A stretch of DNA of 64,000 bases. It comes from Octopus sinensis (taxonomy: Eukaryota). The first letter of the stretch is position 1. Each line of letters opens with the position of its first letter. The notes beneath the pieces were generated by a model. That model saw only the letters and a list, made by a program, of their open reading frames with translations. It did not search any database and was not told where the DNA came from. Below are positions 25,820 through 39,380 of the stretch, in pieces. The stretch covers positions 57,226,001 through 57,290,000 of the forward strand of contig NC_043002.1 of NCBI RefSeq assembly GCF_006345805.1. Reading direction: 5' to 3'. Position numbers and translations under genes: made by a program.

Positions 25820-28800
25820 ATTTCTACTGGCGTGATGTCGCATCGGCTCCGCAGGTAATCCCTTTTTTCGACCTTTTATTGCGCACATTTTGTTTCAATT
25901 TTTGCACACAAGGTGTGTAAAGCACCCAGTTTTCGTTTGAGTGTGTTTTCAAGGGAGGAATTGACGTCTAGGGGCAGTTTCAAACCTATTTACATTTCTA
26001 TTTTCTTCGATTTCCTTGCAATATTTCTAAACAAATATGGCTAAGCGAAACCATGAGGCCAACTTCCCACCTTTAGCATTGGTAAAGGCGAAGGAAGCTG
26101 AAAGCAAAGCCGTTCCGCGTGAACGTACACAGGCCTTAGAAAGCATGAATGCTTCTGCTACTATAACCACTGGCTCCACCACTGCCACCACCACAACCGC
26201 CATCACTACCACAACCAACACGAATACTGAAAACAATTTTGCCGCAGTTTAAAGTTAAAGAAAAGAATCGTGCTTTTCCAAAGAAGAACTGCTCGTCTCT
26301 AAAGTAATGTTAAAAAAAGACGACCTAAGCATACAACTACAGACACCACAAAACATCAATCCCCCCCCCCAATTATTTACAGGACACTTAACCTAAAAAC
26401 AAGGCTATACGAAAAGGCCACTCAAGAAAATGTTGAAAATGTTTAAGGCCTATATGGGCCTTTAAAGACTACATCACGAGGGGAAACAGATTTGCTACGA
26501 TCGAGGTTCGTTTCGACAGTGAAGAAAGAACCATGGACCTCTCCACAAAGTCCTTCCAATTTGAAAATTTACTGATGATCCCTACATACCTTGGTCGTAG
26601 GGTCACAAAAATTAAAATAAAGAATGTGCCTCTTGAAATAGAAATAAAATGGCTCGTGTCTGCCATTTGCTATGACATCGAGGACGAAATCCATATCTTG
26701 GAAATTGCTCCCGTGGACCAGCAAAACTGGAACGGCCAAGAAATCGAAATTCTTGCTCAGATTAATCCAACGATCTACGAAAAAATTCCCCATAGAATTC
26801 AATTGAGGGAGGATTCGAGTTTACATGTGGCCGTCGAAGGCTGAAAGCCATGTTGCTACGTTTCTGTTAGCAAAGCACACTTACAAATTAAGTGCCCACT
26901 AGCACGGAAACAACAACAGCAACAACAACGACAACAAGACCATGAAAAACAACAACCACAAGAAAACCAAAAACTGTGCAAAAAACCAGCACTGCTATAC
27001 ACACCGCCATATGCACAACTAATTAAACAGCTCTACAAACAAATGAAGGAACATCAGCAACCAACAAATCAGCCAAACCAAACAACACCACCACCAGCGC
27101 CACGAAGAACAGAAACAACACCATCACCACCACCACCACCAACAACAGCAACAACAAAGTCAACACACTCAGAAATAGACCCCAATATACTTCTCCTCCC
27201 ACCTTCTGATTCCTCTGACTTTGCCGACAGATGAAGACGACACAGAGGATTAGCAAGTGGCCACAGGGGGAAGGAGAAAAGGGGGGAAAAATAGAGAAGC
27301 AGACAAACAAAGCGGGGAGGTTTACCACTCCCGAAACCAAAACACCCGCAGAAAACAAAAGCATCAACACAAACACACTAATACCAAACCATCCAACAAT
27401 GTTGACAGCCATAAACACCAATAACCCCGACCTAATGGAATACATTAGGTCAAACACCAACATAACAGAAAATGATACCAAAACAAAGAATCACCCACGC
27501 ACAACAACGCCACAACACATTAAAACCATACACATAACACAGAACACACACACAACCCCGAAATCCCTCTATTTCAAAAATACCTGTCCAAAAAACTATA
27601 CAAAAATCTTCTGGGAGAAGACTGTAAGGTGAAGAACAAAGAACTTTCGGACAGTAAGTGACTCTCTCTCTCTCTCTTCCTCTTTCGTTTTCCTTTCGTG
27701 TGTAAAACAGAACTTTCGGTAGGAACATGCTCAAAATAGACAGAATAAATGTACGTGGCTTGGAGGTCGCCTTGGAAACAAGGCTACTTGCTAAACGACA
27801 TCAAGTCACAAAATCTGCATATCATAGCCATCAATGAGACTACACTCCCCAGCCCGCGGGCACTCCAGCACATGTTCGGCGGACATTCCGACATTTATTT
27901 TTCTCTGTGATTGCCGAGAATGGGCGGAGGTGGCACCGCGGTGCTTCTTCGGAAGAGTCTGGACATCAAAGTAAGAGCAATTTTCCTAGACGCGAAGGGT
28001 AGGCTAGTCGTCTTGGATGTCGATGACAGCAATGGGTGTGCTTTTCGACTGATAACAGTTTATGCACCGTCCTTAACAGGCCGGCCAGATTTCTTTCGAC
28101 GTCTAGAGGTTTTCATGGGAACGTCTCGACCTTTACTTTTTGTGGGGGATTGGAACGCTACTCTTGACACGCATCTAGACTACGTGGGCAGAGATAGTAA
28201 TAGGAGAGGCTGCAAATGCCTCAAAAACCTGCTCAGACGTTTCCAACTGTCTGACAGGAATCGACTGGACTATCCGAATGTTCCAATGTGGACATGGAGC
28301 AACCGCATCGGGTCGTCCAGATCGTACTTAGATTATTCTGTAGGACAATGGATAAGGATAGTGTAGGGTGCCCACAATTCCATATAGACAGCTACACAGA
28401 CCACAAATTTGTGACTTGTACACGACTTAGATTAGACACATAGGCAGGGTCCCGGTTACTGGAAGCTGAAAGAGTCGTTTACGGCACGTCAGGGCTTAGA
28501 GGGACCGGATTAGCACATTAGTTAAGAAAGCATTGACGGGTGCCATCATCAACAACAGATGGTGGTATGCCCTAAAGAAAGGAATTAAAGCAGAAGCGGT
28601 TAGGTAGAGTAAGGCCCAAGCATTAGACCGAAATAGAATAGAGGGAGACCTAGTTAACCCCTCGACAACGGTTGATCACACTTTTGCTTGCCTACCCGCG
28701 GATAACATAAATATACGATTTAGAGCTGCCCTACATCTATCACGGACTTTTTAGCGGCTGACGTATGTTTACGTTCGCTATCGTGTATTTTATCTTTTGA

Positions 28801-29568
28801 GGTGCGCTCGTTCGCCGTCCTGTGCATTATCTTAGCTATTTGAGGTTACGTGCAAGTCATGAGACTAGCAGTAGACCAATGACATGCTGATACTTTACGT
28901 GCATATGCATTGGTACAGGAGGTATAAAAGTAACGGTCTCCAGCAAAAACGCATCATAATTCAAAATGTCTTCAAATCAATTACAACTTCTGCGTTCGCG
29001 CTTAGGTCCTTCATCAGCGAATTTACGCTCGTCATCGCGCTCGACAAGTAATAATTCCTTGGAACTTTCCAGGAAGTAATTCCTCCTCTCCTCAGAAGTT
29101 TCCAGAAGTAAATCGTCCCTATCCTCGGAACGTTCCAGGAAGTAATTCCTCTTTTACCTTCCCCTCCTTGTAACTTTCTGCGCGTACTCGTGCAGTGTCC
29201 AACCATTTCGAACCTGTGGGCTTATGCCGCACGGCTGCTGTCACGTGTGAGAGGAGTCCGCCTGTTGACCGAGTCTAACGTGACAATTGCTCTGCCACCT
29301 ACGCTCAACCTGGAGGGCAAGGCGGTCTTCATCATACTGGTGGCCATGGTGAATGAATGTGTGTGGTGGACTTTAGCGAAAGGATTAGAGACAAACACTT
29401 ACCTCTCTGGCCAATCGCTATTCAACTTTTTCAAGTACCACTTGAAAAGGAAGGTGAGAATGGAGAGGCAGTTTTTGTCTCGTGAAAGTTTAAAAAAAGA
29501 TGGGTGAATGTAGCAAAGATGCGTGCGAGCGACGAAACCACTTTGAGCATGCTCCTGTAAATCGTAAC

Positions 29569-29601
<33 letters not shown>

Positions 29602-29615
29602 ACTGAGAGGAGAGA

Positions 29616-29661
<46 letters not shown>

Positions 29662-29940
29662 ACTTTGCTCTCATGTGTTTATGCCCTCCCTGCCTGAGGT
29701 TACCGTGGTCTTTTCCGTAGGCTTTTCTTTCTCCGGATAAACCTAAACTTGCTTGTTACATTTTAAAAATATCTTCTGTGATACACGAACCCTTTTGATC
29801 GCTATTTTCCCCCCCGATCCTTTTGATTTGAATTTTCATTTTTTTTATTTTTTCCCCTTTTTCTTTTTCATTTTCGAAAAGCTCTACATTTGTATTTGTC
29901 CCCTCTGTGTTCAGCCCTGTGTGGCCAATACCGAAAGTTA
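25820..29940 (+). mobile_element. Tx1/L1-clade LINE, internally deleted (ORF1, APE endonuclease, C-terminus and 3' UTR; RT missing)
   Basis: ORF1 remnants IPTYLGRRVTKIKIKNVP and a decayed knuckle CYVS..AHLQIKC (~26853-26895). ORF2 from ~27727: INVRG, GTAVLL, GRLVVLD, VYAP, VGDWN, SYLD, TDH, GPGYWKL. C-terminal VQCPTISNLW..W at 29190-29507. Both ends abut TCTA repeats. Confidence 0.8.
28657..29160. mobile_element. Unrelated insertion replacing the LINE RT region; piggyBac-like left end
   Basis: LINE coding texture stops at ttaa|ccc; the insert contains three copies of ttccag(g)aagtaa(t/a)t at ~29067-29147. Confidence 0.4.
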
Positions 29941-30687
29941 TCTATCTATCTATATCTATCTATTTATATCTATCTATCTATCTATTTACCTACCTACCTA
30001 CCTACCTACCTACCTACCTACCTACTTACCTATCTATCTGTCTATCTATCTGTCTATCTACACACACACACATATATATGCACACACGCATTTATGAATA
30101 TGTATTTATATGTATATATGCATATAGACATTAATAATATATATATACATAAATCATATACATAATGTATACATACATACACACATATATACGACTACAC
30201 ACACTTGCATATTTACACATATATAAAGTATACACACATACGCATACCTCAGATTGATGTAGACAGCAGAACGAATTTCACGGTAAGTAGAAGTTATCAC
30301 GTGCACACACATACATACACCCACACACACATACCTGCGCTTATTCATATACACATATACAGCCGTAAACTCACATATATAAGTATACGCTTATAAACAC
30401 ACTGCAGTATAATTTGGCATTGTCCTCCATTCAGTTGACTTTAGAATTTGGAAACATATTGGTAAAATAGAGGCAGTTAACTCGAAGAGTCTTTATATTC
30501 TGGCAGAAAACTCTACGGAGGTTGTTTACTGCCAGTTCAGCATTGATCACACATGTTTCTGCTGTGACCATTCCATCGATTTTCTCAGTGTTGCATTTCT
30601 TTTTAAAGTGAACATGGTATGATTTGAGAGGGCTTTCTATTGCTATTTCTAACAGAATAATCACCTGATTAAAGAGAAGGAGAGGTG

Positions 30688-30729
<42 letters not shown>

Positions 30730-30936
30730 GAGAGGGAGAAAGAGAGAGAGAGAGAGCGAGAGAGAGAGAGAAAGTGAAAGAGAGAAAGAAAGAGAGATAG
30801 AAAGTGAAAGAGAGAAAGAAAGAGAGAGAGAGAAAGAGAAAGTTTTGTATTAAAAAAGTAATAACCGATGCTAGTCAATTTGTTTGTAGATCAAAAGTTT
30901 TCTCCATTTTCTACTTAATACACACACACACACACA

Positions 30937-30976
<40 letters not shown>

Positions 30977-31308
30977 TCAGTTGTTCATACAGCCGAAGAA
31001 GAAGCATACCCTAAAGCATTAGAGAAGTAATATAATATTAAGGAAGTTAAAAATGATGGCCGGTCATAGTGTTGCTTCGTCAATGACAGATGTTTGGCAA
31101 CGGTATAATGGCTGATTCTCTCATCAAAGATATACAAACGAAACAGACGGTTGTTGTCTGTCAACCAATATAATTACGTATGCTTTTATGCGCCACAGGT
31201 CCTTCTGCGAGATCCTCTCTCAAGATACACAGCGCAGTATTTTGTGTACTAACGCAACCTCCACGTTATGCTAGAGTTTATCTTTTGGTAGTATACTGCT
31301 CCTGTCAC

Positions 31309-31378
<70 letters not shown>

Positions 31379-31412
31379 ATTATATATATATATTATATAT
31401 ATATATATTATA

Positions 31413-31455
<43 letters not shown>

Positions 31456-31459
<4 letters not shown>

Positions 31460-31556
31460 CCTGCTCGCTTAGCCAGCGGGGTGGCGTCATTCGAAGGCTA
31501 AAACAATGCGAACGCATTGTGACCAGCTATGTGTAACATCTGATGGTCTGGTCGAT

Positions 31557-31562
<6 letters not shown>
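31456..31562 (+). mobile_element. SINE family B 3' fragment within (TA)n
   Basis: ttggcctgctcgcttagccagcggggtggcgtcattcgaaggctaaaacaatgcgaacgcattgtgaccagc matches ~14082-14190. Confidence 0.8.
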
Positions 31563-31605
<43 letters not shown>

Positions 31606-31802
31606 TATATATATATATATATATATATACAAGAAAAAAGCAACAAGAATGGATTAAGAATCCATTCTTGTTGCTTTTTTCTTGTTTATAATCACCCCAC
31701 ATTATTTAATGGTTAATACCATATAGATTTCTGGTGCATCTAAGTTAAGTACCGCATTCATGTGAATTCATTGGAACTCACTCGAATCTTAATTGTTTTT
31801 AC

Positions 31803-31896
<94 letters not shown>

Positions 31897-32067
31897 TATA
31901 ATAATTATTTTTATTATTATTTCTAAATAATAATAAAACGATGTTTCCTGAGGCTAAATAACAATAACATCGTCCAATATATATATTCACCGGTGGAAGA
32001 AGACTTTAAATAAATGAATAAAATTTGAATGAACCCCCCCCTCCCAAAAAAAAACAACAACATAACA

Positions 32068-32224
32068 GGAGTGGCTGTGTGGTAAGTAGCTTGCTTACCG
32101 ACCACATGGTTCCGGGTTCAGTCCCACTGCGTGACACACTGGGCAAGTGTTTTCTACTATAGCCTCGGGCCGACCAAAGCCTTGTGAGTGGATTTGGTAG
32201 ACGGAAACTGAAAGAAGCCCGTCG

Positions 32225-32259
<35 letters not shown>

Positions 32260-32461
32260 TTGTGTGTCTGTGTTTGTCTCCCCCAACATCGCTTGACAAC
32301 CGATGTTGGTGTGCTTATGTCCCCGTAACTTAGTGGTTCGGCAAAAGAGTCCGATAGAATAAGTACTAGGCTTACAAAAAATAAGTCCTGGGGTCGATTT
32401 GCTCGACTAAAGGCGGTGCTCCAGCATGGTCGCAGTCATATGACTGAAACAAGTAAAAGAT
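32068..32461 (+). mobile_element. SINE family A, full length
   Basis: Complete head, body, microsatellite and tail, closely matching 6841-7245. Confidence 0.9.
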
Positions 32462-33337
32462 GTAAAAAAAAATGTAAAAGATTAGAACATTACGGGTAGA
32501 GGTAATATCTTTGGTGGTTTGCAACACAGACACATGCCCGAAACAATGAAAAATTAGAAATCCTTTTACTCCTTCCAAAATCTGTTGAAAGGCTACAAGC
32601 TATTTTCAGAATCCTTATCAACCTTCTCTCGTTATGTAATTCTGAGCAATTCAATAAGTTGTTAAGAAAGGTTTCTTTATTCTTAAACGAAGTGTTTCTG
32701 TGGTTTTTATACATATCTTCTGCTAACAGCTGTTGTTCAGCTGCGAAGATAAAATGGTAACTTCAGTACGTTTTTATTTAACTTCTTTTTTCCCCTCATC
32801 TTGTATTTGTGATTAATCAATGCACGTCTGTCTACATGGTATGTTTTATTTGGTGCGATGATGTTTATTTGTACGTAATGAGGCCAGAATGTGCATCTCT
32901 CTGTGTCTGTATGTCCATTACGTACGTATAGTCATAAATATATACATACACACTCACACCAGTACATATACTTACACATACATACATACATACATGCATA
33001 CATACATACATACATACATATAGATATAACACACATCTGTATGTAGACATACGTAAATACTTTCATACGTACATACATAGAGACATAAGATGCATACATA
33101 CATACACACACACACACACATACATATATACATACATACAATCAAACGTACATGTATACATACATACACACAGATACATACATACAAATTAGTATACATA
33201 CATACATACATATATACATACACATACACAAATGCGTTACGTACGCTCGTATAAAGAAAGATACATACATGCATACATACGCAGATGCATACATAGAAAA
33301 ATACAGACATACAGAACACACATACACACGTGCATGA

Positions 33338-33370
<33 letters not shown>

Positions 33371-33539
33371 ATGAATATTCTGTTTCTCACATTATAAGCC
33401 AACAATTTGTCAATCTTTCTTTCTTTCAAGTGTATTCATACAGACATATAATCTGTCTGTCTGCCCGTCTCTGTCTCTATCTATCTGTGTATCTGTTTGT
33501 TTGCCAGTCTGTCTGCCTGTCTGTCTATCTGTCTGCGTA

Positions 33540-33553
33540 TATACATATATCTA

Positions 33554-33631
<78 letters not shown>

Positions 33632-33658
33632 CATATATATATTTATGCATATATATTT

Positions 33659-33733
<75 letters not shown>

Positions 33734-33795
33734 TATATATACATACATTTATATATATATATATGTATGTATATATATATATATATATAATATAT

Positions 33796-33826
<31 letters not shown>

Positions 33827-33843
33827 TTATGCATATATATATA

Positions 33844-33882
<39 letters not shown>

Positions 33883-33888
33883 TTATGC

Positions 33889-33935
<47 letters not shown>
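33540..33935. repeat. Long degenerate (TA)n array
   Basis: Direct reading; source of many spurious Y/I-rich ORFs. Confidence 0.95.
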
Positions 33936-33937
<2 letters not shown>

Positions 33938-34289
33938 TACGTATATATATATGTATATATACGCATACAAATATATGTGTGTGTGTTTGTGTGTGCGTGC
34001 GTACGTGTGTGTTTGTATCTCTTCAGAAATGTAATATATGCACAGATTCTAAGAACTCATTCTATAAAATTCTTGCAGAATTTTTTCTTAGCCATATCAA
34101 CATTTTCTTATTAAGAAACATTTCCTTGGAAATACAAAGGCCATATCTGTTTAAGATGCTCCTTTTTTTACGAATCTGAAAATATTTATATGTATTTCGA
34201 GCCAATTTTACAATTACAAAATGGCAATTTTTTTGTAAGAGTGAAGTGGAATGATTTGAACAGGCTCCAGAATAAATATGACATTTACT

Positions 34290-34480
34290 CAAATAATGAC
34301 TTTATTCGAAGAAGCAAAGATCTGGAAAACATTATCATTGAAGGAAACGTAGATGGAAGTAGATCAAGAAGTAGATCAAGAACGTAATGGCAGGACACTA
34401 TCAAGTGTTGCTTGGACAAAAGTAGCCATGCAGCTTTAGCAACATCAAACATTAGAAGAAAAGAAAAGAAGAGGTCATGA
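34290..34480 (+). mobile_element. RTE-clade LINE extreme 3' remnant
   Basis: IRRSKDLENIIIEGNVDGSRSRSRSRT*WQDTIK resembles the RTE C-terminal motif LE..I.G..EG.R.RGR...W.D.I. Confidence 0.65.
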
Positions 34481-35614
34481 GGACATTTAAAATGAAATTT
34501 TTTATGACGAATTTGTCTACAGCAAAAATGGTTACAGTGAAATTTCCTGAAACCATTTTATTACGTCTTATTCAGAAGTAAGATACAAATGAAGAGTGTT
34601 TTCTTCAGCGAAGTTCAAAGTTGGAAATATAACAAAATAAAGTATATGTCCTCATTTATCACGGATGTTTGGTCCCAAAGTCACCGTGTTAAATGAATCA
34701 ATGATAAGTGAATAAAAGAACCTATGGTTTTATTCCGAGGTCCCGATTTGTACCGATCATACTGGATTGTCACTGGGGCGCGCTTTTCCGACTTAAGTCA
34801 AATCTTTATCTTATTACCAGCCAGTGTTATCACAAATCAATCGTCATAAGTGTAACATGCCTCACAATTGAGCGTACCGTGTTATCCCGGATCCGTGATG
34901 AATAAATCAGCGATAAACGAGGATAGATGACTACAACAATGCACTGTTTTCACCGTTTCCAATGTCCTTGATAATATGAAAAGTCGCAGAAAGCCGAATC
35001 GTGGAGTGGACTGACAATGAGAGAACGAGAAGAGTTTGGCATTTCATGTTCTATCACCTGAATTCTAATATGACAATTTCCAAAGACTGAATCGATCTCA
35101 TTGTGCATTGATGAATGATAGCTTTTTAGCTTTTATCGTTTATATGTTTCAATTATTGGGTAACAACCAAGCTGGGGCACTGCATTATGGGATTTAGTCG
35201 AATAAATCAACCCGATGACTTACTTTTAGAAAATCTGGCATATTACTCTATCACTCTTTTTTTGTTGAACTGCTAAGTTGTTAAGCGGTGATGGGGTCAA
35301 ACTCAAAAACAAAGACACACACATAAATACATACATGCATACATATATAAATACAAACACACTCACACACACATATGCTACACAACCTCCTGAAAGCCTT
35401 AATTATCAACCAAGCATAATAAGATTACTAAAGCAATCATGCAATGTCAATATGTCATAGCCATAAACAATGAACCATTTAACAGATTCAACCTTACGAG
35501 AATGAAAGATATCTCAGAATAATGAGGCTTCCAACGTTCACAGACAACGGCCATATCAAGCATATATCCCCAGCATCAGCTGCCTAACGGATATCATAAT
35601 GGTTTTGACACCTG

Positions 35615-35666
<52 letters not shown>

Positions 35667-35677
35667 TGTGTGTGTGT

Positions 35678-35794
35678 GGAGGCGCAATGGCCCAGTAGTT
35701 AGGGCAGCGGACTCGCGGTTGTAGGATCGTGGTTTTGATTCCCAGACCAGGAGTTGTGAGTATTTATTGAGCGAAAACACCTAAATCTCCACGA

Positions 35795-35796
<2 letters not shown>
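35678..35796 (+). mobile_element. SINE family B 5' fragment
   Basis: Head nearly identical to the 13896 copy. Confidence 0.85.
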
Positions 35797-35841
<45 letters not shown>

Positions 35842-35858
35842 CTATATATATATATATA

Positions 35859-37144
35859 CAGGGGTTGAACAAAATAATGGAAGCACCTAGCATCATAGCA
35901 TCATAATTTTGAAATATCTATAAAACCGTCAAAAGCTTGTTTATTTTAATGTTTTTTTAATTTATTATTACTGTTGCTTAATATGTTTTGCTAAAATTGA
36001 TGTTACTTTTCAGATATCATCAGAAAAAGGAAATTAAAATTCATTAAAATGACAGATCTATCGGACTTTCAAAGAGGTCAAATTGTTGCTGCTTGTATGG
36101 CAGGCGCTAGCGTAATGAAAACGGCCGAAATGTTTGGTGTATCAAGAAGTACTGTCTCGAAAGAAATGACAGCCTTTGAGAAAGAGGGAAAAACTGCCTC
36201 GTTGAAACAAAACTCCGGAACAAAACCAAAACTTTCAGATAGGGACCATAGGACTCTTACGCGTATTGTTAGAAAGAATCACGAAAGTACTGCTCCCAAA
36301 ATTACTGCAGAGCTTAATGACCACCTCGAGAACACAGTTTCCACAAAAACTGTTCGCCGGGTGCTGCACAAAGCCGGATTTCACGGGAGGGCTACAATCA
36401 GAAAACCACTACTTTCAAAAACAAACGTTTCAAAGCGTTTAGAGTGGAGCAAAAATATACATAATTGGCCCCAAGAGCAGTGGAAGAATGTTATTTTCGC
36501 GGACGAGTCATCCTTTACCTTATTTCCGACCACCAACCGAGTATACGTGTGGAGACAGCCGAAAGAAGCATTTTGACCAGGACTGCCTTCTTCTAACTGT
36601 TAAACATGGAGGAGGATCTGTGATTGTCTGGTGGTGGTGGTGGGGGTTATAGTTTGGAAATCCGCCGGCCCAATAGTTTCCCTTCATGGCAGAATTAATA
36701 GTCGAGACTACTTAAGCATTTTATCTGATCAAATTTATCTTATGGTTGCGGAACTGTTTCCAGAGGGAAACGCAAACTTTCAGGATGATAATGCACCAAT
36801 TCACACAGCCAAAGTTGCTTCTGAATGGCACAAGGAACATTCTAGTGAAGTTGAACATATTATCTGACCACCACAGTCCTCAGATCTCAATATTATTGAA
36901 CATTTATGGTGCATTTTAGAAAAACAAGTAAGGAGTCGATATCCTTCACCATCATCACTACAAGAACTGGAGACTGTTTTAGCTGAAGAATGGACAAAAA
37001 TTCGTTTGGAAATAGTTCTAACTTTGTACGAGTCCATACCTCGTAGAATTGAAGTTCTAATTACTGCCAAAGGGGGTCCTACTCCATATTAAAATAAATT
37101 TGTTTGAAATTTTAAGATGTTTCCATTATTTTATCCAACCCCTG
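35859..37144 (+). mobile_element. Near full-length Tc1 (DD34E) transposon
   Basis: TA-flanked inverted ends caggggttgaacaaaataatggaa / ttccattattttatccaacccctg enclosing a transposase. Confidence 0.95.
36049..37091 (+). pseudogene. Tc1 transposase pseudogene
   Basis: MTDLSDFQRGQIV HTH, RKPLL, IFADES, FQDDNAPIH, SSDLNIIEHLW; broken by frameshifts and stops near 36575 and 36866. Confidence 0.92.
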
Positions 37145-37290
37145 TATATATAAATATTTGAACTTCGGGTATATGTCTAGTAGTATGCTGATTGAAATGC
37201 TTTCACTATTTGGGCTACCTGATGTCACCCATGGTTATGATATAATTGTCACTGGATCTACGTCAGGAATTCTGTAAGGTTCGTTGAGTT

Positions 37291-37598
37291 TATAATGAAT
37301 GAGGGAAACAGAAAATGGAGTTTGCAAGAATCTCTATTCAACACAACGAACATTTCGACCCACCTGCATCTGTCCCTTACAGATGAGATATTGTACAACT
37401 AGTTGAGTTGCATCCATCAGTGTCTCGTTTTAAATAAGATATTCGCTACATATACTGAGTGTCGCTTGGCATGTTGTGGTCACAACTAGCTGTACAATAT
37501 CCCACCCGTAAGGGACAGATGCAAGATGGGTCGAAACGATCGTTGTGTTGAATAACAATTCTTTTTAACTCCATGTTCCGTTTCCCTCATTCATTATA
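37291..37598. repeat. Long imperfect inverted repeat (~115-bp arms, ~75-bp spacer)
   Basis: tataatgaatgagggaaac..tgcatctgtcccttac..atattgtacaactagttg versus caactagctgtacaatat..gtaagggacagatgca..gtttccctcattcattata. Confidence 0.9.
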
Positions 37599-37769
37599 TA
37601 TGTATATATTGTATTTCGGGATGGTAATTTTTTTTGCCAAATAAACACACGCAATATTTGGCAAATAAATAAATAAAATAACCATTCCGAAACACAACAA
37701 TATCTTTTTCAACACACGATTCCACATCAGGAATCTTGTCAAACAAATTGAGAAACGTATATGTATGTG

Positions 37770-37831
<62 letters not shown>

Positions 37832-37864
37832 TATATATATATATTATATATATATACACTACTT

Positions 37865-37905
<41 letters not shown>

Positions 37906-38945
37906 CTAGCAGAGATACCCGGCGTTGCCCGGTTACATTCAATTGAACAATTAGATTTTTCTGTTATATTTTCTGAATGAACTGGAATATCTATGTTTCT
38001 AATTTCATCAAAATTGCAGATGAGGGTTATTTCCCTCTTTACATACCCTAAAAAAATTGTAATCGTGCCACATGGAAATCAAAAGACGAATTATCACAAT
38101 ATGCAGTCAGTTACCCTACCCTAGTCGTTACCACTCCCAATGTAGGATTCCTCACCATCCAGGTGACAGACACAGCCGTAAGATGCATGACGAATCTATT
38201 GCAATTGGAAGGACGTGATCCAACTGAAATCAACATTAACAACTGTGTGACGTGAGGGCTTAGGAGAAATTAAAGTGTCACCTCTGGTGTTTGCAAATGA
38301 CCACTATACTGATACGTAACTGGACAGAATGAATTTAAAATCTATAAATGTCTTTGAATAACCAGTCACTCATCTGGGAAGGCATTGTAATCAATGTTAC
38401 CATCTGGGGACTATGCGTGGCCGAGTGATAATAAATAGACTGAAAGGAGGTCTGCAATCAAATAACTTTACTCAACACTTTGCAACTGAATCAATGGAGA
38501 CAAAGATGCCTCTCATTTACTTAACAATTTATGCACCACATTGCAGAAATTACAATGTAAGTGTATGTCAAAGCAAACTGTTACACTGTTGTACCATTGA
38601 ATTAGAAATAATGCCCAACTTTTATGCTCGGGTAATCCTACAGCTTCCAAGAGCACAACTGTATTCATTTTTGCTTAGATAAAATGACAACATTGTGGGT
38701 GTTAAGTTCCCATGGAGGGGTCTTTCTAACTTTGTAAGAAGATGAAATTTTATAAATATTACTTCATTTGTGTCTAATATCTATGGTTAAAATTTCATCA
38801 ACAGCAAAAATATATGAATTGTCATGGGGGTTATGGCCCTTATGCTTAGAATCTAATTTCCAAATTTCATAAAGATCTATTCAGTACTTTTGTCTTAGTT
38901 TTGGATCATAAAATAAATGACTAAAATTGGGAGTTAAGGCTCCCA
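37906..38945 (-). mobile_element. Helitron 3' end with heavily decayed internal sequence
   Basis: a|ctagcagagatacccggcgttgcccgg is a reverse-complement CTAG terminus with a subterminal GC hairpin; weak resemblance to helicase motifs at ~38215-38330. Right boundary uncertain. Confidence 0.55.
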
Positions 38946-38979
38946 TTAGGGTGTTATATATATATATATATATATATAT

Positions 38980-39056
<77 letters not shown>

Positions 39057-39189
39057 TAGATAGATATAGATATACACACACACATACACACATACATGCA
39101 CACACACACACAAAGATAAATTGAGAGATACAACAACTGAGTGGGCAAACAAAAATATGAGACACAGCCTAGTGCTTTTTTATGTTGAT

Positions 39190-39380
39190 AAGCCTAGTAC
39201 TTATTCTATTAGTTTGTTCTTGTGAAACCAGTAAGTTTTGTGGATGTAAATAAATGAACAGCAGTTGTGAAGTAGTGATGAGGACGAAACACAGACACAA
39301 AGACACACACATACACTTACATATATACATATATATACGATTGATTTGTTTCAGTTCCTGTCTACGAAATCCATATATAT
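39190..39380 (-). mobile_element. SINE family A fragment, target of the RTE insertion
   Basis: aagcctagtacttattctat..gtttcagttcctgtctacgaaatcca matches family A on the minus strand. Confidence 0.7.
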
